Source of the DNA: a virus
IMG/VR virus record: IMGVR_UViG_3300045988_098026
Coordinates: 1 to 38,850 of that record
Direction: 5' to 3' (one strand)
DNA length: 38,850 bases
The translations under genes were made by a program, and so were the position numbers. Below are positions 5,877 through 13,412 of this stretch, piece after piece; the stretch's first letter is position 1; every line of letters starts with the position of its first letter. The notes under the pieces are model-generated. The model was given only the letters and a program-made list of their open reading frames with translations. It did no database searches and was not told the origin of the DNA.

Positions 5877-6454
5877 CATTTGACGAGGCCACCCACACCT
5901 ACACCCTTGACGGCATCCAACTGCCCAGCGTCACCGAAGTCACCCGCTTTTGTGATTATGACTACAAGTCAGACCGGCCATGGCTGGCGGAGGCTGCCGC
6001 CCGCCGGGGAACCGCCGTCCACGAAGCCTGCGCCCTCATCGACTACGGCGAGGAGCCGGAGGAGACCCCGGAGATCGCCGGATACCTGAAAGCCTACCGC
6101 CGGTTTCTCAAAGACTGGAAACCGGAATGGAAGCTGATTGAATGCCCCATAGCGGACCGGAATATGAAAATGGCCGGAACGATGGACCGCTTTGGCATCA
6201 TCCATAATGCCCCCGCGATTCTGGACATTAAGACCGGCCAGCTCCATGACGCCGCCCTCTCTGCCCAGCTCACCGCCTACAAGATGATTTTCTCGTGGGA
6301 CTCGCGCTGCGGTTTCGGGAAAATTCAATCGCTCTATGCCTTGAAACTCTCAAAGGACGGCACTTATGAGCTTCGCTATGTAGAACCAAATTCGAACTTG
6401 GTGAACGCCTGCCGCACCCTCCATAAAGCCACAGAAAGGAAGAAACGCACATGA
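5870..6454 (+). CDS. PD-(D/E)XK (RecB/Cas4-like) recombination exonuclease
   Basis: HTYTLDGIQLPSVTEV N-terminus. GTMDRFG...AILDIKTG (D...D-x-K) and QLTAYK (Q-x-x-x-Y) motifs. Coupled to the annealing protein gene. Confidence 0.7.
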   Translation: MLTFDEATHTYTLDGIQLPSVTEVTRFCDYDYKSDRPWLAEAAARRGTAVHEACALIDYGEEPEETPEIAGYLKAYRRFLKDWKPEWKLIECPIADRNMKMAGTMDRFGIIHNAPAILDIKTGQLHDAALSAQLTAYKMIFSWDSRCGFGKIQSLYALKLSKDGTYELRYVEPNSNLVNACRTLHKATERKKRT

Positions 6455-7170
6455 ATGAACTCGCCCTGTACCAATACAACGCCGCTGCCCTGACGGTGGC
6501 TCCCGTCCCCCGCTCCGGCAATTACACCATCTGCGCCCCAGACGGCGCGCCCGCCGTCCTGAAACGCGGCATCGACTTCGGCATGATCCGAAAGAAGAAC
6601 GGCGACGCCATGACGAAAAACCCCACCCTCTTCAAGTCCGGCGCGGAGAAGGTGGCCGTGGCTTACGGCCTCTGCCAGCGCTACACCCTAGAAAGCAAGC
6701 TGGAGGATATCGAATACGGCTTCTTCTACTTCCTCGTCCGCTGCGACCTTATCAAAATCTATGACGGCAAGGAATACGTCATCACCTCCGCTTACGGCTC
6801 CGGCAATACCCGCGAGGGCCGCACCGGCTCCCAGTCTCCCTATGACGGTGCCAACAGCGCGGTCAAGATGGCTCAGAAACGCGCCCTGGTCTCCGCTGCC
6901 CTGTCCCTCGGCTGCGTCTCTGATATGTTCACGCAGGACATTGAGAGTGACACCGAGGACGGCAGCGCCTACATGACCAACAAGGACCCCAACGCCCCCA
7001 TTACTGCCGCGCAGGTCAAATTCTTCTATTCTGCTTGTTCCCGCCACGGCCTGACGAAGCAGGAGGCGAAAACTCTCTTGAAGAGCCACGGCTATGACAG
7101 CGCCAGCAAGGTACTCAGCAAGGACTTCGACGCCCTGCTGGATGCGCTGGAGCCGAAGGAGGATGCCTGA
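6451..7170 (+). CDS. ssDNA-annealing recombinase (Erf/Rad52/Sak-like)
   Basis: ANSAVKMAQKRALVSAALSLG resembles the conserved A-x-K-R-A...G segment of Rad52-like SSAPs. Sits between exonuclease and SSB with ATGA/TGATG coupling. Confidence 0.55.
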   Translation: MNELALYQYNAAALTVAPVPRSGNYTICAPDGAPAVLKRGIDFGMIRKKNGDAMTKNPTLFKSGAEKVAVAYGLCQRYTLESKLEDIEYGFFYFLVRCDLIKIYDGKEYVITSAYGSGNTREGRTGSQSPYDGANSAVKMAQKRALVSAALSLGCVSDMFTQDIESDTEDGSAYMTNKDPNAPITAAQVKFFYSACSRHGLTKQEAKTLLKSHGYDSASKVLSKDFDALLDALEPKEDA

Positions 7171-7589
7171 TGTTTATCAACGGACTGCCCACCTACAGCA
7201 AGGAGGGCAAGCAGCTGAAAACCGGCCTGATCGTGGGACGCGCCGCCAAGGACGGCCAGATCTACGCCACCCAGAGCGGAAAGGAGGTCGGCTCCGTCTC
7301 CGTACCGGCCTACGATAAGCAGGACGGCACCACCGCATGGCTCACCGTCAAGGGCTGGGGCCATTGGGCACGGCTCCTTGCCAATGTCCGCAAGGGCGAT
7401 TCCGTATTCGCCGTGGGCCGCGTGGAGAGCCACGACTATGAGGGCAAGACCTATAACGACCTGGTGGCGGATTACGTCTGTGTCTCCGCCAGCACCGCTG
7501 GGCAGACCCCCGCCCAAAGTGCCTATGCCGCCCCCGCCACCACTGATAATTTCGCCGAAATTGAGGATGACGGGGAACTCCCTTTTTAA
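7170..7589 (+). CDS. ssb: Single-stranded DNA-binding protein
   Basis: OB-fold-like N-terminus, Pro/Ala-rich linker and the canonical acidic tail EDDGELPF. Confidence 0.85.
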   Translation: MFINGLPTYSKEGKQLKTGLIVGRAAKDGQIYATQSGKEVGSVSVPAYDKQDGTTAWLTVKGWGHWARLLANVRKGDSVFAVGRVESHDYEGKTYNDLVADYVCVSASTAGQTPAQSAYAAPATTDNFAEIEDDGELPF

Positions 7590-7678
7590 CAGCTTTGCCG
7601 TGTGTGTCTAAAGAGTGATGACGGGCGGATGCAAGCAAGCCGCAGCACGATCACCGACATCCCCGGCAAAAGAAAAAG

Positions 7679-7740
7679 CCCCCCCCACACCCCCCTAAAA
7701 AGAAAATATATATATTTCTCTTAGGGGGGGGGGGAGATAG
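7679..7740. repeat. Element E1: C8-ACA-C6 / AT-rich TATATATAT core / G11 imperfect palindrome, paralogous to 36722..36775
   Basis: ACACCCCCCTAAAAAGAAAATATATATATTTCTCTTAGGGGGGGGGGG. About 70 percent identical by eye to ACACCCCCCTGTAAGAAATATATATTTATCTCTCTGGGGTAGGTGGG at 36722. Confidence 0.7.
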
Positions 7741-7771
7741 ATGTACAACAGAAGTACTACAGAGGTTCTAC

Positions 7772-8176
7772 ATGAAAAGAGAAGATATCCAGAAGCTGTT
7801 TAACCTGATAGAAACCCTCTATCCCAGTGCAAAGAAAAATCCCAGGATCCCCGCAGTACTGGAAGCCTGGACGCTTGTATTGGAGCCGTGGAGCTATGAG
7901 GACGCAAAGCAAGCAGTCATTATTCGTGCCAGGGAAAACCGCTTCCCGCCGGACGCTTCCGAGCTTGTCCCCTACCTACCGAAACCGGAACAGCCTTCGG
8001 AGAATGCTCCAGAACCGGCGGAACCAACCCCCACCCAACTGGAAAAGTTCTATGTGAAATACAAAGCCCTGCATGAGCGGTGGAAAGCCGCAGGCATCCC
8101 CACCCCCTCCGAAGCGAAGAAGCAGGGCATGACTTATGCGGACTGGGAAAAGATGGCGAAAGGAGCTGGTGTGTAA
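7772..8176 (+). CDS. G39P-like helicase-loader family protein (tentative)
   Basis: N-terminus KLFNLIETLYPSAKK...LEAWTLVLEPWSYEDAKQAVIIRARENRFPPDASEL matches the pattern of SPP1 G39P-type loaders. Confidence 0.4.
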   Translation: MKREDIQKLFNLIETLYPSAKKNPRIPAVLEAWTLVLEPWSYEDAKQAVIIRARENRFPPDASELVPYLPKPEQPSENAPEPAEPTPTQLEKFYVKYKALHERWKAAGIPTPSEAKKQGMTYADWEKMAKGAGV

Positions 8177-8403
8177 TGGCTGCAAATATTAAGCTATCGG
8201 ATTGCCTCATTGCCCCTCACAGACAGCCTTGCTGGGATTGTGCCAACGCCTGCGGCGGCTGCTCATGGTCGAGAGAGGGGGAACCTGTCCCCGGCTGGAA
8301 GGCGGAGCCGGTCATCATTCGGAATAACCTGAACCGCGACCCGGACGATTTCTCCGCCAAATCTTTCAAAATCCATGCCTGCCCCCAATTTGTGAGAGGA
8401 TGA
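8176..8403 (+). CDS. Cys-rich hypothetical protein
   Basis: ATG at 8176 overlaps the TAA stop. CWDCANACGGCSW motif. 75 aa. Confidence 0.55.
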   Translation: MAANIKLSDCLIAPHRQPCWDCANACGGCSWSREGEPVPGWKAEPVIIRNNLNRDPDDFSAKSFKIHACPQFVRG

Positions 8404-8654
8404 TTTACGGAATGTTTGGAACACGAAAATTAGAAGCAGAAATAGCCTGGCTGAGTTGTCGCGTGGCAGAGCTGGAAGAACGGCTTTGCCCATGTGAACA
8501 GCATGACTGGAAACGCACCGGAGTTGATTACAGCTACGATAGAACAGGCTGCTGCGCTGCCGCCATGTATAACTACAAGTGCGCAAGGTGCGGCAAAAAA
8601 ATGCGCTCCTTCCAGTCGTACCTGGAAAATGCTGAGGAGGATGACTGTGGTTAG
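8400..8654 (+). CDS. Cys-rich hypothetical protein
   Basis: ATGA overlap. Coiled N-terminus, then CPCE...CARCGKK. 84 aa. Confidence 0.55.
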   Translation: MIYGMFGTRKLEAEIAWLSCRVAELEERLCPCEQHDWKRTGVDYSYDRTGCCAAAMYNYKCARCGKKMRSFQSYLENAEEDDCG

Positions 8655-8784
8655 GCTTGTGATTGACATGCAGGAGGACGGCGACCTGCTGGCCTGCAAG
8701 GAGACGGTTGCTATGCTGCTGGAGCCCATCGGCCGGGTGCGTATCGTGCAAATCATTGTAGACGGAAAGGAAGAAAAACGATGA
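8641..8784 (+). CDS. Small hypothetical protein
   Basis: GAGGAGG immediately upstream, so the GTG at 8647 may be the real start. Stop overlaps the next ATG (ATGA). Confidence 0.4.
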   Translation: MTVVRLVIDMQEDGDLLACKETVAMLLEPIGRVRIVQIIVDGKEEKR

Positions 8785-9494
8785 AAATTGATAAACTGTG
8801 GAACGGCCTGAAGCGGATCGCCAACGGCGATTATGTGCTGGAAGGGGATCTGATCTCCGAAGAAACCATCGAAATCGATCTGAACGACCGCTTTGTGGTG
8901 CGGGGCCGCATCCAGACGAAAAAGAGCATTGTTGTTCGCTGTGGCATCGAGGCTGGCTGTGGCATCAAGGCTGGCTGTGGCATCGAGGCTGGCTGTGGCA
9001 TCAAGGCTGGCGAGGGCATCAAGGCTGGCTGGGGCATCGAGGCTGGCTGTGGCATCGAGGCTGGCGAGGGCATCAAGGCTGGCTGTGGCATCGAGGCTGG
9101 CTGTGGCATCGAGGCTGGCTGTGGCATCGAGGCTGGCGAGGGCATCAAGGCTGGATGGGGCATCGAGGCTGGATGGGGCATCGAGGCTGGATGGGGCATC
9201 GAGGCTGGCTGTGGCATCGAGGCTGGCTGTGGCATCAAGGCTGGCTGTGGCATCGAGGCTGGCTATGGCATCGAGGCTGGCGAGGGCATCAAGGCTGGCT
9301 GGGGCATCGAGGCTGGCGAGGGCATCAAGGCTGAAAAGTTTATTGATGTTCAAAAGCGCATTTTCGCCGGAATTTCGGTTTATCGGACAAGCAGGGACTG
9401 CGATAAAACCATCCGCTGTGCGGAGCTGCGGAACGGCGAAATCTGCTATGGAGATTTGACGCTGACGAAGGAGGGCAAGCCGGATGAAGGTTGA
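8781..9494 (+). CDS. Hexapeptide-repeat protein (predicted left-handed beta-helix, bactofilin-like)
   Basis: 237 aa. N-terminus GDYVLEGDLISEETIEIDLNDRFVVRGRI, then 22 x GI(E/K)AG(C/W/E/Y), then a Cys-containing C-terminal domain. In frame and coupled to neighbours. Confidence 0.75.
   Translation: MKIDKLWNGLKRIANGDYVLEGDLISEETIEIDLNDRFVVRGRIQTKKSIVVRCGIEAGCGIKAGCGIEAGCGIKAGEGIKAGWGIEAGCGIEAGEGIKAGCGIEAGCGIEAGCGIEAGEGIKAGWGIEAGWGIEAGWGIEAGCGIEAGCGIKAGCGIEAGYGIEAGEGIKAGWGIEAGEGIKAEKFIDVQKRIFAGISVYRTSRDCDKTIRCAELRNGEICYGDLTLTKEGKPDEG
8943..9338 (+). repeat. 22 tandem 18-bp repeats (ggcatcRaggctggNNNN), coding
   Basis: Units counted by hand. Variation is limited to codon 3 (gag/aag), codon 6 (tgt/gag/tgg/tat) and one synonymous ggc/gga. 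Confidence 0.95.
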
Positions 9495-10014
9495 ATCTAC
9501 CGTCCCCGTTCTTTACCCGATGGGGGTTTATACGTTTGCCTTTGCATGTGTCCATTGCGCAAACAGGAATTCAGACAAATGCCACCTGTGCAAGCGTGAG
9601 GGGAAAAGCGGATTTGAGCCGAAGCGCGAGCCACCTGTGATTGCATTTGAGATCCCCTATCCGGCAACAAAGCGCAGTAAAGCGGCGTGGAACAAGCGGT
9701 TTGGCCTAAACGCGTATTACGCCGGTAAGCATTGGTCACAGCGGAAGAAGGACGCGGAAGAGCTGCACGAGCTGGCCCACTGGGCAATGCGTAAAGCAGG
9801 CGTCACAAAATGTCTGGTAAAAAAACCCGTCAAGGTGACATTTTTCTGGAATGATAATCTGGACATCGACAATCACGGCGCGCTGGGCAAAACCTTTGTG
9901 GATGCGATGAAAGGCTATATTTTGCCAGACGATAACCGTAAGTGGTTTCAAGCCGTGGAACACAAATTTTGGAGCGGAGATACGATCCGCGTGGAAATTG
10001 AGGAGGCAGAATGA
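9484..10014 (+). CDS. rusA: RusA-like Holliday-junction resolvase with an N-terminal Cys-rich extension
   Basis: PVKVTFFWNDNLDIDNHGALGKTFVDAMKGYILPDDNRKW matches the RusA D-x-D-N...K...D...DD pattern. AAGGAGGG RBS. Confidence 0.6.
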   Translation: MKVESTVPVLYPMGVYTFAFACVHCANRNSDKCHLCKREGKSGFEPKREPPVIAFEIPYPATKRSKAAWNKRFGLNAYYAGKHWSQRKKDAEELHELAHWAMRKAGVTKCLVKKPVKVTFFWNDNLDIDNHGALGKTFVDAMKGYILPDDNRKWFQAVEHKFWSGDTIRVEIEEAE

Positions 10015-10331
10015 TGGATGCTGTGGAGTTTTTGAACAAGGTTGACCGTCTCAACAAAAGGGGGTCTACCGAAGAAAAAATGCGCTACAACGATTATAGG
10101 ACAACAAGAGATAATACACGGGTGGTGAAGTTTGTCGAGCGATGGGACGCTGAGCACCCCATCAAAACCCGCCAGAGCGAGTTCTTGAAGCATTACCCCA
10201 ACGCACGAATTTTATTCGGGTATCTTAATATTTGCCCGATGGATGTATTCGGCGATACAGGCATTAACTGCAATGCACAACTTTGCCAGAAGTGCAAAAA
10301 GGCTTTCTGGCTTGCGGAGGTGGAGGAATGA
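10011..10331 (+). CDS. Hypothetical protein
   Basis: ATGATG overlap with the rusA stop. 106 aa. CNAQLCQKCKK motif. Confidence 0.55.
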   Translation: MMDAVEFLNKVDRLNKRGSTEEKMRYNDYRTTRDNTRVVKFVERWDAEHPIKTRQSEFLKHYPNARILFGYLNICPMDVFGDTGINCNAQLCQKCKKAFWLAEVEE

Positions 10332-10371
10332 CCCGTGAAGAGAAAGAGCAAATTTGGAAAGGAGCAGAGCT

Positions 10372-10788
10372 ATGAAAACGGAACGTTTTAACGATCTGGT
10401 GAATGAGATCCGAAAGGCCAGTCTGGACACCCTGACGAAGAAGAACGCCAACTACGCCACCACCGAGGACCGGCTGCACAACTTCAAGGTGGGCGCCGCC
10501 ATCACCGGGGGCACCCCCGCCCAGGCTGCGCTGGGGTACATGGCGAAGCACCTGGCCTCCCTCCAGGACAAGGTGGCCCGGAACGATTTCCATGATCGGG
10601 AGGATCTGAAGGAGAAGATCCAGGACAGCATCAACTACCTGGTATTCATCTGGTGCTGCGCCAATGAGGAAATGGAGAAGTACGCCACCGCGTCGGCCGC
10701 GCCTAACATCTCCCAGAGTCGGGGCTGGTCTAACTCCATCGGCGGTAATGAATACCTGAACCAGTGCGGCGGGAAATTGGAGGACTGA
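10372..10788 (+). CDS. DUF1599-like (nucleotide-modification-associated domain 1) protein (tentative)
   Basis: GAAAGGAG RBS 7 nt before the ATG at 10372. KKNANYATTEDRLHNF...GYMAKHLASLQDKV...IQDSINYLVFI resembles the DUF1599 pattern. Confidence 0.45.
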   Translation: MKTERFNDLVNEIRKASLDTLTKKNANYATTEDRLHNFKVGAAITGGTPAQAALGYMAKHLASLQDKVARNDFHDREDLKEKIQDSINYLVFIWCCANEEMEKYATASAAPNISQSRGWSNSIGGNEYLNQCGGKLED

Positions 10789-10790
10789 TT

Positions 10791-11162
10791 ATGAGAGATA
10801 CAAACCTCGTAAATGCGCTGCGTGAGCACGCGGAATGGGCGCAGGCAAATGAGTGGGAAACGCCAATCACCCTGGGCGATGATCTGGCGGAAGCCGCAGA
10901 CCGGATCGAAGCACAGGCAAAAGAGATTGACGCACTGCGGAATAAACTGTGCCTGAAATTGAGAGATCAAGACTTCGTAAGTGCGATAACGGGTAACACA
11001 GGTAACATCGGATGGAGAAACATGGTCCCGCAGGTGGACAGCTCGGACTTTCCTACGCAGTGGGTGCCGTCAATGTATGAGTACAGCATCATTGATGCGC
11101 AGGCGAAAGAAATTGAGACGCTGCGGGCGCATCAACAGAGGATCGGAATGGAGGGAATGTGA
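10791..11162 (+). CDS. Hypothetical protein with an internal AQAKEI(D/E)(A/T)LR duplication
   Basis: GGAGGAC RBS, ATG at 10791. 123 aa. Confidence 0.55.
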   Translation: MRDTNLVNALREHAEWAQANEWETPITLGDDLAEAADRIEAQAKEIDALRNKLCLKLRDQDFVSAITGNTGNIGWRNMVPQVDSSDFPTQWVPSMYEYSIIDAQAKEIETLRAHQQRIGMEGM

Positions 11163-11632
11163 TGGAACGATTAACTAAGCGTTTGCCCAGTGGAGCGGCT
11201 GATTATAATTACCCTAAAAGCTGTTACATTGGGGATCGGGCTGGCGCAGATAGAATATCCCAAAGTGCTTTTAGGCAGAGATGTGTTGAACAGTTGGCCG
11301 ACTATGAAGATACGGGGCTGACGCCGGAGGAGTTCCACGCCTATTGGGTGTTTTTGGAGGACATGATCGGTGAGCAGAAAGCCAGTGAGGCACTGGACAG
11401 GTTCCGCCAGCTGGTCAAAGCCGACAAGGACGGTCGGCTGGTGGTGCTGCCGTGCAAGGTGGGAACCGCGACATATTATATCCACTATCCGATTGTGGTT
11501 TACCCAGATAAAAGCGAACCGGAAATTAAGAGGGGTATCTTTACTTTGTGCGATTTGGATCGTGTTGGGTACTCCGTATTCCTGACCCGCGAGGAGGCGA
11601 AGAAAGCATTGGAGGCGATGAAGGATGAATAA
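11162..11632 (+). CDS. Hypothetical protein ending ALEAMKDE
   Basis: GGAGGGAA RBS. ATG at 11162 overlaps the TGA; the GTG at 11159 is an alternative start. 156 aa. Confidence 0.55.
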   Translation: MERLTKRLPSGAADYNYPKSCYIGDRAGADRISQSAFRQRCVEQLADYEDTGLTPEEFHAYWVFLEDMIGEQKASEALDRFRQLVKADKDGRLVVLPCKVGTATYYIHYPIVVYPDKSEPEIKRGIFTLCDLDRVGYSVFLTREEAKKALEAMKDE

Positions 11633-12191
11633 GGCTGTTATGCTGAGCATCCGCCCCAAGTGGGTGGAGAAGATCGCCAACGGCGAAAAGACGATTGAGG
11701 TGCGCAAGACGAGACCAAAGCTGGATACGCCGTTTAAGTGCTACATCTACTGCACGCTGCCAAAATATCCGCACGAGGACTTCATTGCGACGGACTATCC
11801 AAGGCCACAGTTTTACGGCGGCGGCAAGGTCATTGGGGAGTTTACCTGTGACCGGATTTACAAAATTGACAAGGATAGTACGGATTTTCTTTTTAAGGCC
11901 GGGAGATTATCCGTTTACAAGCAAGCTGCCGAAGAAAAGTGTGGCCTGTGTGTGGCTATGACAGACGATGAGTTGCACGGCTATCTTGGCCATTGCCAGG
12001 GCTACGGCTGGCACATTGCCGACCTGCGCATTTATGATACGCCGCGCGATCTGGGCGAGTTCCAGCGTGCAACTGACCCGTGCGATTCTTGCCATGCAGA
12101 ATACACATGGGAATGCACAGACTGCAAAAAATGGGGCGGTGACATTAAGCGCCCGCCCCAGAGCTGGTGCTATGTGGAGGCGATGAAATAG
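11625..12191 (+). CDS. ASCH (PUA-like) domain protein with a Cys-rich C-terminus
   Basis: MLSIRPKWVEKIANGEKTIEVRKTRP is the typical ASCH N-terminus. C-terminus has CDSCH...CTDCKK. Confidence 0.6.
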   Translation: MNKAVMLSIRPKWVEKIANGEKTIEVRKTRPKLDTPFKCYIYCTLPKYPHEDFIATDYPRPQFYGGGKVIGEFTCDRIYKIDKDSTDFLFKAGRLSVYKQAAEEKCGLCVAMTDDELHGYLGHCQGYGWHIADLRIYDTPRDLGEFQRATDPCDSCHAEYTWECTDCKKWGGDIKRPPQSWCYVEAMK

Positions 12192-12361
12192 TGGATTGCT
12201 TTAATTATTCATGCCCTTTTCGAGAAAACACGTCAAGTAGTTGCAATAGGTGTGAGTGTGTAGCCTGTCAAAACAGAAGTGAGGCTGTGACATATATTGC
12301 AAGCAACCGCACATTGACAGAGGCGGATATAAGAGCATTGGAGGCGATGAAGGATGAATGA
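12191..12361 (+). CDS. Cys-rich mini-protein ending ALEAMKDE
   Basis: GTG at 12191 after GGAGG (12176); the track ATG at 12167 is an alternative. CFNYSCP...CNRCECVAC. Confidence 0.45.
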   Translation: MDCFNYSCPFRENTSSSCNRCECVACQNRSEAVTYIASNRTLTEADIRALEAMKDE

Positions 12362-12551
12362 TCTAAAACCGTGCCCGTTCTGCGGGGGAATAGAAATTGT
12401 CATTCGGTCAGTATCTGGTATCTTCCCAAGGAGTTCGTGCCAACGCACATACAAATATATTCAATGTCGGAGCTGCTTTGCAAGAACGGGAGATTACGCT
12501 ACAAGACCGAGAGCAATCGAAGCATGGAACAGGAGGGCTGACAATGGCTGA
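12354..12551 (+). CDS. Lar-family restriction-alleviation-like Zn-ribbon protein
   Basis: MNDLKPCPFCGG...CRSCFARTG...AIEAWNRR is the characteristic Lar-family pattern. Confidence 0.6.
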   Translation: MNDLKPCPFCGGIEIVIRSVSGIFPRSSCQRTYKYIQCRSCFARTGDYATRPRAIEAWNRRADNG

Positions 12552-12843
12552 CCAAATGCAGTTATATGACACATCGGAGAAACAATCAAGTAACAACACA
12601 GGTAAAGCTAAACGGAAGTGGGAAAATGGTTTCCAGAGATGGAGCAACCGGCACAGTGCAGATGGTGGTAGCTCTTTTGGGTGCTGTGGATTTGGCAGTA
12701 TGTGTGACTATTGTGATGATAATTCGTATGGACGCCCGTGTGTCAGGTCGCTGAACGCCATGATCCGCGAAAAGCGTCTGAAAATCGATTACGAAAAGAC
12801 TGGTTATGAAGAAGTATGGAAGGGGATTTTTGACAATGGCTGA
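12544..12843 (+). CDS. Cys-rich hypothetical protein
   Basis: AGGAGGGC RBS. ATGGCTGA junction with the upstream stop. FGCCGFGSMCDYCDD motif. Confidence 0.55.
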   Translation: MADQMQLYDTSEKQSSNNTGKAKRKWENGFQRWSNRHSADGGSSFGCCGFGSMCDYCDDNSYGRPCVRSLNAMIREKRLKIDYEKTGYEEVWKGIFDNG

Positions 12844-13141
12844 ATGCATTGAGAGGGAAGCGACAATTAAGCGCATCAAAGAAGTTTATTGCGTGGGCTG
12901 CAACAGCTACAACGGAGTAAGATGCCGTGCGTGTGGTATAGGTGACGCAATCGACATGATCGAAGACGCCCCAACCGTGGATGCCGTGCCGGTGGTGCAT
13001 ACAAGGTGGGCGCATCTTGGCGGGGACGAGTGGTGTTGCCCTGTATGTGGTTTTGTCATTACCACTGAGGGCAGTTGGGATAAGCCTACTAAAAAATACT
13101 GCGAGGATTGCGGCGCGAAGATGGACGGAGGCGAAGAATAA
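12836..13141 (+). CDS. Hypothetical Zn-ribbon protein (MAECIEREA... family)
   Basis: ATGGCTGA junction. CVGC...CRAC...CCPVC...CEDC. Shares a DAPT/AADVAPVV motif with 13413..13760. Confidence 0.55.
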   Translation: MAECIEREATIKRIKEVYCVGCNSYNGVRCRACGIGDAIDMIEDAPTVDAVPVVHTRWAHLGGDEWCCPVCGFVITTEGSWDKPTKKYCEDCGAKMDGGEE

Positions 13142-13365
13142 TGGCAAAGTATTTCAGAATTGCAGAGATTGATGCTGCTACTTTTGAGCGCATGACTGGC
13201 GACGAGCTTGATTGCCTGCAAGTGGCAATGCTTGCGGATGATGGAAACGTGTATGTTGCTGTCGATGAAGATGGGCAAGATTACATTGATGTCGACCTTG
13301 AAATATTTGACACAGATGGAGGTGCTGTGCCTCGACACCTTGGGCTATTCCGCAAAGGATATTGA
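13141..13365 (+). CDS. Acidic hypothetical protein; 3' end uncertain
   Basis: ATG at 13141 overlaps the TAA. Coding-like up to about 13315, then the +1 frame looks more coding-like (see finding). Confidence 0.45.
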   Translation: MAKYFRIAEIDAATFERMTGDELDCLQVAMLADDGNVYVAVDEDGQDYIDVDLEIFDTDGGAVPRHLGLFRKGY

Positions 13366-13412
13366 GATTATCACGCCGGAACAGTACGAGGCGGAATTTG
13401 GAGGGGATGAAG

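Noticed and set aside
8943-9338. Possible CRISPR array (regular short repeats).
   Set aside because: The 18-bp units are head-to-tail with no spacers, in frame within a CDS, and too short. This is a coding tandem repeat, not a CRISPR array.
8430-9494. Multiple long ORFs in other frames and on the minus strand across the 18-bp repeat array. Examples are 8430..9353 (minus, 307 aa, ASLDA repeats), 8798..9334, 8893..9459 and 8831..9253.
   Set aside because: They are low-complexity translations of the same tandem repeat. Only the 8781..9494 frame has an RBS, coupled start and stop with its neighbours, and non-repeat N- and C-terminal domains.
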